Shown here: in pieces, positions 53,564 through 64,000 of the stretch
Numbering within the stretch: position 1 is the stretch's first letter
Layout: each line of letters begins with the position of its first letter
From: Chrysomallon squamiferum
Taxonomy: Eukaryota; Animalia; Mollusca
Reading direction: 5' to 3'
NCBI GenBank assembly: GCA_012295275.1
Contig: CM022675.1
Span: forward strand, 6,944,001-7,008,000
DNA: 64,000 nt
Program-made: the position numbers and the translations under genes
The notes under the pieces: generated by a model
The model's input: the letters and a program-made list of their open reading frames with translations, nothing else
Databases searched by the model: none
What the model was told of the DNA's origin: nothing

Positions 53564-56040
53564 AGAGATTTTCTTTCTCTTCTTTCTCTCTTTTGATTGT
53601 TTTTTTTTTAGCTTATCTAGTTCTTTTCTTTTCTTTTTTTCTGCCAGCATTGTTTATTCTCTGTAGGTTCTTAATTCAAATTACATAAGTAATATCCTTA
53701 TTTGTTTTAGAAACAGCTGTTAAAGAATATAATTGTTCTTGTTTGTATGTGTGTATGTAGAGATAATTCATATATGTTTGTGGGTATGTGGTAAACACAG
53801 GAATATCATGTTTATTGTGATGACCTTTTCACAGAAATTGGAATCCTTTTACCTTTTACATTTCTAAATAGAAATGACATGAAGGGAATCAGAGAACCCA
53901 GGTTCTAACTGGAATGTAAAACAGTAGCAGATTTCTTTCTAGTTCCTTCTGTATCTCCCCTGCTGTCAGATCTTTACCCCAGGCATCACAAATATCTAAC
54001 AAATCTGAGATATTGGTCAATCATTCCCATGTTGTTTCTTAAGTATGATTCACACCTCCAGTTGTTCTAAAACTTGAATTAAACTGGTCAGTTATTGTAA
54101 TAACCCTCCTGCTTTAAAAATCCAAATTATTAGCTATTTCCCAATCTAGCCAGAGCTCCATGCTAAGATAATCAAGAGATCTTATTTATTTTTTCCATTT
54201 CTATTACAATGCTCATGCAAAAACTGTCTTACAGTTAATGAACAAAAGTCAAATTGAGTCTGTCTTCTTTTCAGATACTTATCATTATCAAAAAAAAAAA
54301 AAAACCAACCTAAATGAGATTTCTGATAATACTATCTTAATCTTTTCAAGGTTCCGTTAAACATGTGTTCATTGACTGAATTATTTGTCTGTGTTCAATG
54401 AAGTGGTCACTTTGGACAGAACACCTGTACAAAAATGTTTTTTTTAAAAATCAGCCCAGAGTAAAATAAAAGAGTGACAGTTGAGGTGTTTGCCAAGCTG
54501 CAGGTTAAAATACTTTACATTGTTAACACAGATGTATGAACTACAGTATACAATGTTTGAATCAGCAGCCAGTGTTTAATCTCATCTTGTTGTTGGCTTG
54601 ATAAACAGTGTACAAGTGAAGATATTTCTGAAGACGAAGAAGAAGAAGAAATGAAGATAAATGTGAACAAAAGATGGCTTTGTGTTGTTCTGACAAATTG
54701 AATGGTCTGCAAGTCAAGCTGATGTATGATTGGTTGTTGGTTCAATCCTTCTTAGTGCTACAGTTCAGCTATTTTTTGTTTTGTTTCAATCTCTGCATAT
54801 GACTGGTTTATTAAGAGTATATGTTTTACTGTGAAAATAATGGTTAACACTTTGCTAAGCAATCCATTGGTTATCCTTTTCAACAATAAAGAATCTTTTG
54901 TATTTGAATCCTTTCAAAGGCAAAAATACACACATTTTATATTTTGATATTCCAAATTTAAAGTACTGTTTGGAAAAGGAAAAATAATTTTCACCATCAT
55001 TTTAGAAAATGAAAATTCTGTTATTTTTATTATTATTATTTTTTTTTTTTTTTTAACTTTATTTTGACATGGAAGAATTTCAGTGAAAATATAGATGACC
55101 ATCCTTATCTGCAGGTTTTACATTCACAGTTTTAAAATATTTTCAAAAATTACTCTTCAGTAAAATCTCTTCATATAGCGACATACAGTATACTAGAATA
55201 CTAAAGTCAGTAATGATTTGTGTGGGTTTTAGAAGTGTTTAGTAATACATATAGGTGGGATTTTGAGTTATAAACAAGTATGGTGTAAAAAAATTGCTTA
55301 TTTTATGTGTTTCCTGAGCATCTTCGGTTTTGGCACATATATGGAATCCTGGAACCACATGTCCATGTATGAGGAGGGCTGAATGCTGTAAGGCATGGAA
55401 TTTAAATGCAGCTATTTGATTCCTGTCAAGCACATTTAAGTTTATTCATGGAAATCTGTCGTTACGATTTACAAGTGTCGTATTTTTGATTTATGATCAT
55501 TACAGATCATTGATCAGAAATTTAGTTTCTGATGTCCAGAGTTGTAAGCAGTTTTTCTACATCTTTACATTGCTTGATAAAACAGGCTGAACACTCTGTT
55601 TATTACAAAACCTACAACACATTTAAGACTGCATAATATTGCATTTTTCTATTCTATAGTAAGATGGGTGGTATAGATAAGTTTGTGCCCATGTTAGTAC
55701 ATTTGTACGTATTCAACAGCTGTCATGATATTTATGACACATTTATGACTGTTTTAAAAAAATAATAGTAATAAAATTTTAAAAAAGCTCTAGTAAGATC
55801 GATGGTTATAGATGAATGTACATGCATCCAAATATGTAAATATTTAGTTGTTATAATATCTGTCTATTAACATTCATATTTTTGTATGTATATTATATTT
55901 TTCAACTCAATGTACTAAGATGGATGGTTATAGATAAATGTATACGTGTCCAAATATGTATGTATTTACTTATTACAAAAGCTCTGTATTAATAATAATA
56001 GTATTACTGTACATATCACACATTTATGACTGTATAATAA

Positions 56041-56174
56041 TATATAGTTCCACTATATGTAGAAATAATGGTGGTTATAGATATAATATATAATAACCAC
56101 ACACACACACACACACAAATATGGACAAATTTATCTATAACCACCATTCTTTCTACATATAGTGGAACTATATA
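56041..56174. repeat. 43-bp inverted repeat (1 mismatch) with 48-nt spacer
   Basis: 56041-56083 matches the reverse complement of 56132-56174. Confidence 0.92.
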
Positions 56175-56178
56175 ATAA

Positions 56179-56217
<39 letters not shown>

Positions 56218-58212
56218 GTTATATTTATTTCGCTTTATTACCAATCTCATATCACACATCTCTCACTATATAATATTATATTTTTCTGCTGTGCATAGAC
56301 CTGTGACTGATTGATATGTACTGACTGGTGGTGTCAGGGAGGGAGAGGTGTGTTTCAAAGTTCAGTCTGCAGATGGGGACAGGATGTGAGTTCTCACCGC
56401 ATCTGCTTGTCTGAAAAGATTTTGTAAAATGCCAGAAGCTAAATGATTACGTCCCACATGATACAGTTTACCTAGATAGTTCAGTCTGTTTTGACTTTTC
56501 GGCAGCTTGAAATAATCACTGAGATCAAGAGTTTTAATTAGATTAGGATATTTTTGTACCTTTGTTTTATTTTATTTTATTCTGTTTATTGTAATATACA
56601 TTATTATATTAGTTAATAATAATCTTAATTTAATTATAATTATGTTTTCATTATTATCATCACTATTTATTTATTTTATTTTATTTTATTTATTTTTTAT
56701 GATTGTTGTTGATGTTGTTGTTATTATTATTATTATTATCATCATCATCATCATTATTTATTTATAAAACCTAAATAAAACAAAAATTATTAACAGTTGA
56801 ATAAATTACCGAAGTTTTTCTGCTATTACATTACTCTAATGATCCAAAGCTAATTGGTAGATTGATTGTTCATGTTCATGATTAAAAACAGTTTTCATGC
56901 TTCATATATTTTATATATTCAGAAGTTTCATGGACAAAGGCACTTATTCCTGGATATTTCTTAATAATTATACAATAAATTATGATGTTTATTGAAAGGG
57001 AAAACCAAATAGCATTATACTTTACATAGTTAATTAAATTCTGAAGCTTCATGGAGAAAAGCATTTGTGCCTGGAATATCTGTATATAATTTACAAAACA
57101 AATTGTTAACTTTATTGAAAGAGAAAACCAAACAGGCTTTTTCTTTTCTTTAGTTCTTTTTTCACTTTAATACATTCAGAAGTTTACAGAGAAATGCACT
57201 TCTTTGTAGATTTGTAGATGTATTTGGTAAATTCATCTTTCAAGAAATTTCATTTAATTCCCAAAAGTATTATTAAACATTAGCTTAACATGGTCTAAAG
57301 AGGATTAATGATAAAACTGTAATGTTAATAAGCCTAAAATAGATTTCAGTTTAATTATTTTATTGTTGTTCTTCTTGGTAGTAGTTGTATTTTTATTACT
57401 GTCAGCAATTATGCTATTGTCTGCTTAGCACTAGAACCAATTATTTGATTTAAAAAAAAAAATTCTGATGAATAAATGAAAAATATTATTCAGCATGTTT
57501 TCATAAACAACTAAATTAGACTATATTTATATAGGCCCATGTTCCTATACAAAAAAACTTTGGAGGTCAAAGTGCATTTTTTGAAATATTTAGATATTTA
57601 TATTCCTTGTGTCAGTAAGTTTCATTTTCCACCATTTTTACCTTAATAACAAGTAGTACACTTGCAAAAATTTTCTTAGAAGAATTTGGGTAATCGATGA
57701 AAATTTGGAGCATATTTCTGTAATTTCTTTGATCATGGGTTCTTAAAAATTCATAATTGAATTAAAATGTGTAATTATTGACAAATGATCAGGTTTGATG
57801 CCAATAGCTTGTACAAGTAAAACAGAGTATCAAGAATTTTGATGTTGTTTGAGTGTAATCAATGTCATGTGATCAGGTTTTAAGACTGAGAGATACTAAG
57901 ATTTGCATCTCCGAATTAAAACAACCATAAAGAAGGTTAAGAGTTTACTCAAACAGCAAAAATCAATCAACCATCTTACTTGATTAATCTGTCATAGAGG
58001 AGATCAAACTAGCTTTTCAATAATTCCAAAATCGATGATAGCATCAAAGATTTCCACATGTAAGACCGGATTCATTTGAATTTAGATGCATTTCTATTCA
58101 AAATATTTAAAAAAACAATATTTCTAACAATCCTTTTTGAGAATTGTTAGATGAAATGAAGAATTAGGTTATTTCTTAAATCTTGTTGAATAAATTAGAT
58201 GTTGGTCTCTTT

Positions 58213-58264
<52 letters not shown>

Positions 58265-59134
58265 AATATTTTTAAGGATGATGTTGTTTTTGTTGTAAAT
58301 TTGAGAATTATATAAATGAATGATCAAACTAAAGTATTTATTAAATCTTAATGAATGAAATCATTTATGAGAGTGTCTTTTTATTTTTTATTTATTCATT
58401 CATTCATTTATTTTATATTTTTAAGGCCTGTCTTTTTTTTTTTTTTATTTATTTTTTTTTTTTTTTTTTTTTTTTTTTTATTTTTTTTTTTTTTTTTATC
58501 ATTTTGGAACATGGAAGTTAATTACTGACATGTTAGTATCTGAAATGGAATTGCCCCAGGAACACAGTTAATTAACACAACACTGGACTGAGATGGACCA
58601 ACTTGTACAAGCAAACACCTTAGGTCATCGGGGGTCACAAGATCAATACTCTGTGATGAATTATTTCCCAGTCAAACCAGTCATGTGACTAAAGTATCAA
58701 AACTCTGCTATTTACTTTTGTATATGGGTGGAGTGAAGATTTAAAAAAAAAAAAAAAAAATAAAATTCAGTTAACATCTTAACCTCTGGGTATATCATCT
58801 TCTGATGGCAAAAATGTGAACTTTGGTTGAAGTAGGTGATATGCAGGCGTTGTACTGAGTTGATGAAAATGTGATATGAAGTATCAGAGATTCTGTTACA
58901 ACTCAGATGTTCCAGGGGAAAGCAAAATAGTGAAGTCACAACAGGTAATCGAGAGGTTAATCATAAACAAGAGCAAGTCATACAGTATATAATTCAGTAT
59001 CTCTAGTATGTAACTTAAAACAATTTTAATAATAATTAATAAAATGAGTTAAGCAAGGAGAATCTTGGAAGAAGGGAAAAAACCCACATCCTTGCTCATG
59101 TAATAGTTGCTATTGTTGTTATTATTATTTATTT

Positions 59135-59205
<71 letters not shown>

Positions 59206-59290
59206 TTATTATTGTTATAATTATCATCATCATCACCATCATCATCATTATTATTATTATTAAAATTTGTTGATCACAGGGGCAGAGAAG

Positions 59291-59321
<31 letters not shown>

Positions 59322-60044
59322 AAAATAGATATTATGATCTATATAGGCCTACAGTTTGATACAAGAAAATATGTACAACAAAAATCATACTGATGTGTTG
59401 GACATAGCTGATTAGTAAATAATCAATACTGATTGCATTCCAGCAAAGTGACTAATAATTGCTCCACTTTTCAGTTACGTAAAGTAATTTGTTTTTCTCA
59501 CACGAAATTGTGTAACAGTATACTTCTACACATTCAGAACTCTACCCTGTTTGGTGTTTTAATGTAAACAGATGGCCAGGCCAGAGTCATCTTTGCTTGC
59601 CAAGAGGTCAGCAGTATACTCTGTATTGTTTGTGATTAACATTGACTTTTAGCCACCTGTTACAGACTTAGATTTGTTTTTCACATGTTTCCTCGCCACA
59701 TACAGTGAACTCATGTTTGGTCTGAGAAAATATTATGCCAAAGGGTCAGCAATGTTTTTATATATTTTATAGTATAAGCAGCCTGTTTGGACACATTCTT
59801 TTTCTTTTTTCTTTTTTCTTTTTTTTTTTTAAATTTTCTCTGTAATTTCTTTTTTTCTTATTTTCAGTAAACGCATTGGAATTTAATTAAATTTTTTTTT
59901 TTAAATGTAAGATGCCATGTGATGGAATTTTTCTTAATTTTGTTAACTAGCAGATTTAAATGAAAAATTGAAATATGTGCTTAGTGATGATAGAAATAAC
60001 AATAACAGATCAAATAATTATAAATAATTATAATGTGTCAAGGT

Positions 60045-60365
60045 CTGTTTTACCTGCTTGTATTTTCATACACCTAATATTATGACCTATTTTATCACAA
60101 TGTTCATACACCTGATGTTATGTTCTATTCTACCCATACTTATGCATACACCTGCTACTGTTTTACCTATTTTCATACATCTAAGAATGTTCTGTCCCAC
60201 TTATAAATATGTTCATAAATCTATCATTATGCTCTATTTTACCTATTCTTTTTTGTACACACCTGATTTTGCTTTTGTCTAAATATATTTTCATACATCT
60301 AAGAGTATATTCTGTTTTACTTATTATTGTGCATACACCTGATATGATATTCTATTTTATCTGTT
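60045..60365. repeat. Degenerate minisatellite, ~40-bp unit x~8
   Basis: Recurrent TTCATACACCTGAT..TATGTTCTATTTTACC. Confidence 0.8.
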
Positions 60366-61007
60366 TCTAATTTCTTATGCTGCATATTGCCTTTTAAGTT
60401 ACATGTGAATAAAATCAATGTGACCCATTTTTTCCATTATTGATTATGATTTTCGTAGTCATTTGTTACCTGTTAATTACTGAATAGAACTGAATGGTTT
60501 CACATTCGTGACACTGCATTACCATTCAGGTGTAAAAGATTGCCCATTCATCCATGATTTTTTTTTCTTCCGGCCAATATGTTAGTCGTTAAAGGTACGG
60601 AATAAAAACACTGATAGGTTACTGTGAACTTTCATCTGTACAGTACTCCTTGACATTACTTTCAGTATGCACTGAAAAGTGTGTATTTTTTTTTTAAATG
60701 TTATTGTTCTCATATTGGCGGTAGTGATTTTATTTATTTTTATTCTTATTCATTTTTATTTTTATTTTTATTTTTTGTTTTTTTGCCCCCTGTTTCGAAA
60801 TAATAGGGGTTACATGTAACTCTGTTGGTTAGTTCATGTGTTTTGTGAATCTGGTAAAACTAATATTAATATAAATTTCAGTGCAAGCAAAGAATATACA
60901 CATACAAAACATACAGGGACACAAATAATTATACAGAACAAATATACACATACAGAACATTCAAACATTCAAATACATATATAAAAAATACACACATAGA
61001 GAGCATA

Positions 61008-61041
<34 letters not shown>

Positions 61042-62319
61042 TACACACAGGTGTTTGTATCAGGAATCGTATGGGAAAAAACATTTAACATGTATCCACA
61101 GATGTCAAGCACATTTTTGTTTACCAGTGTCCAGTTTTACTGGATACTGAGAGGGGGGGGGAAATAAAATAAAAAAAAAATAAAAAAAAATCCTTGGCAG
61201 TTGATCAAGATAATCAAAATAGCTCAATGTGAAATAAGGAAAAAAAACCAAAAAAACCAGCGTCTTTTTTTTTCTTCTTGTTCTTAATCCAGTTGGCATG
61301 CTTTTGAGAAAAGGTTGAAATAGTTACACAAACAGCATGCATGCATACACTAGGATTGCCTGCCTCTAGCTAATATGTACAGTCAATAATCTAGTGTACT
61401 TGTTGTGATCTTCTCAGTACTACTTTATGTTCATCCTGTAAGTAGACACACCTTCCTTCGCACTGTTAATTACAGGTAGGACATATTTTTGATGATTGCA
61501 GGTAACTGGTTTTTATTTTTTTTTTTTTTTTTATTGTTATTATATATAACAGATATTTTTTTTATAAACTTTTTTTTATTTTTATTTTATTTTTTTATGT
61601 ATTTTTTTTTTTTATTTTTTTATTTATTTTAATTGTAGGTAACCAGTCTTTTTAATAATTACCAATAATAGGGTGGTATTATTATTTTTTTTACAAACTT
61701 TAAAGAAAAAAGGTATTGTTAACACTTACAGGCAACAGAAAATGTATTGTCATAAATGTGTGTATTGAAAATAATTAGGATTGCAAACACTGAAGTTTTA
61801 AAGAAGATTGTTTTACTGATAGTCTGTTTCCTAATGGGTCATATGGACATGTTATTACTTGTATAATTAGTAATTATTTTATTGTTGTTGTTGTTACATG
61901 GCATTCTTTTAACATGAAATTTTTTTTTTAATCATAAGGACAAGGATATTGTGAACATTACCATGTGATAAATCATAATCAACATTATATTTATTGCGAC
62001 AAACTGCTTTTTTTAATTATTTGTTGTTGTTTCTATTGTTTTTCTTTTATCCTTTCTTGTATTTTATTGTATTTTTCTGAAAAATAATTTCAGCCGTTAA
62101 ATATATTCATTTAAACATGGGTATCTGAAATGTTGCATTCAAATTTTTTTTAAAACATAAGTATTTTTAAAATTTATACCACTTTATATATTCATTTTGA
62201 CAAATGTTTTTGAAAAACATTATATCTGAATACTTTTACTAAACAGAAATTTTTGTGGGTTTTTTTTCAGGTTTTCCTGTGACCGTCTCAAAATGACGGG
62301 TTTTCTCAACCAGTAGGAA

Positions 62320-63886
62320 ATGGCTAGAAGTGGACCAGTTTCAGTATTAGATAGTGGTAGTTTAGATAATAGTATAAAAATTGTCAGAGACAGGATCACA
62401 CGATTCCAGAGTCCTGCGCGATTATCTTCACGAAGTTTAAACGATGAAGATTTCAACGTGAGTTATCGTATACCTCAGCCGTACAGAACAAGCTTCTCTG
62501 CTACTCATTCGGTGGAAAAAATTGGTGGGAGAAGCAGATCTTTGAGCCCAGCGTCGAGTCTTAAAAGTGGGAAAAGCGGGAAATATGGGAGAAACAGATC
62601 CAAAAGTCCAAACGCGAAGCGCGTGACGTACGACACGCGTGTGACCATAAGACATTCGCTTACAGGGGATTCGGTGTTCACGGAGTTGTCTGCCCACGAC
62701 TTTGATTCCAGCACTCCGTACAGTTTCAGTAAAATGTCAAAAGGGAATTACGGGAAGAATTTAAACCAGTCGCTTCAGTCCGCGGATTCTGGCATTGATT
62801 ATTCATCGGAGTTACGAGATATTTCGCAACAGATTTGCAAGATGGACTGGTCGCCTAGGAACAGTGTCGAGAAGTCCAGTCCATCTCAGCATGGAATTCT
62901 CAAAGATTGTCAAAATTCCAGTAAACCAGTTTCTCCCACATCGCCCAAATCCACCAACATGGGTAACAAGGAGAACTCGCCTAATGGTGCGAAACACAAA
63001 ACAAACATCAGCAAAGAGTATTCTTACGACAGGACTATAAGTTACAGAATGGCCATGAACGAACAACCATCAGACGAAATGAAAAAACTCGCCGAAGCAA
63101 TGCTAGACGATCGCGTAGATGATGAGAGTGTGAGGAAAGAACGATCAAACACGATGCCGTCCAACAACAACATTCAAAATGACAAGCTGACGCCCAGCAA
63201 GAAGTCTGTGAGTAACAGTATTAGTAACTTCTTTCGGAAGATGTCGCCTCGGCTGAAAAGGAAGCCCAGTCGAGAGAGAACTAGCAAACCTTCGTCGGCT
63301 TCGGGGAGCACGTCCAGCTTAACGGCCAGCGACGTTTCGGACAGCGGTCACTTCTCGAGGAACAAAGTCCGGCAGTCTTTTCTGAAGTTCATCAATCGAT
63401 CAAAGTCGAGGTCAAGGTCACGAGAACCCGAAAAGGCGTCTCCCACGTTGAAAGATGACCTTGAAACCCACGGCGACAGCAGTCCGCCAAACAACAAGCA
63501 GTTCTTGCCCAATTCTACGAACCGAATGCTCAAGTCAATAGAACGCAACACGCTTTCGGAAAAGGATATTTATTCAAAGTTCAAGGACAAGCAGTCCCCA
63601 AATCGACCAGGAGAGACAACTCCAGCTAGACCTAAACCTTTCACAGCCAAACCTGCCAACGAATCCGGAATAGGTGATCAAAGTTCTGTATTGTTTCCTT
63701 CAGCCGAAGTGCATCTGCCGAGGAAAGAAATTTCTAGAAAACCGTCAGACGTCACCAAGCCAGAACCCCCCAAGTCACTGGATGTTGTACCACCGAAAGC
63801 AGTGAAGGCCCTGCAGACGTCTGTAATCAGCACAGTGTCTGGAGATGAATCCATCGGGGAGTGTTCACTTGATGCTAATCTGACAG
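62320..63886 (+). CDS. First coding exon of an uncharacterised Ser/Pro/Arg/Lys-rich, probably disordered protein (522 aa here; gene continues beyond window)
   Basis: Long stop-free GC-rich ORF. Acceptor TTTTTTTCAG| at 62270/62271, in-frame TAG just upstream of the ATG, donor ACAG|GTGAGT at 63886/63887 (phase 1). No domain recognised. Confidence 0.88.
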
Positions 63887-64000
63887 GTGAGTTTCTTTTT
63901 AATCAGTTTTCAAAATGTTCCCTTTGTGATATATACACGTTACCTTAATACATTTTGTATATATATATCCTTTATCCGAAGTCAGTGAATAATCAGGAAA

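Noticed and set aside
62220-63551. Antisense and alternative-frame ORFs over the large exon
   Set aside because: Short shadows of a GC-richer coding region with no independent support.
63887-63948. C-terminal GEFLFNQFSKCSLCDIYTLP of the 542-aa ORF
   Set aside because: It lies after a consensus AG|GTGAGT donor and composition drops to intron-like, so it is probably intron read-through.

Overview
Very AT-rich, microsatellite-dense animal genomic DNA, most consistent with an invertebrate such as a mollusc (taxon is inference). It contains two divergently oriented spliced genes. (1) Minus strand, 13503 to <109: the 5' part of a clade-A-type fibrillar collagen, reconstructed by hand as 17 GT-AG exons (1257 nt, 419 aa, continuing off the left edge). 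It encodes a signal peptide, a 6-Cys truncated VWC module, two microexons (23 and 30 nt), a 13-triplet minor helix, an N-telopeptide and 84 uninterrupted Gly-X-Y triplets in 45/54/99/144-nt exons. Its putative promoter has a TATA-like box and an inverted CCAAT, the 5'UTR has two uORFs, and intron 1 holds a perfect six-pentamer heat-shock element. (2) Plus strand: a 1.6-kb exon (62271-63886) encoding 522 aa of Ser/Pro/basic low-complexity protein of unknown family, probably transcribed from a promoter near 25.7 kb across about 36 kb of 5'UTR introns. Between the genes lie a ~1-kb foldback/Mutator-like element and a ~6-kb tandem array of ~1-kb units whose young copies carry a hAT-like MITE. Nearly all ORF-track entries other than 62320-63948 and the two overlapping collagen exons 1 and 2 are microsatellite, repeat or antisense artefacts. 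No prokaryotic-type system, CRISPR array, rRNA or intact tRNA was seen.
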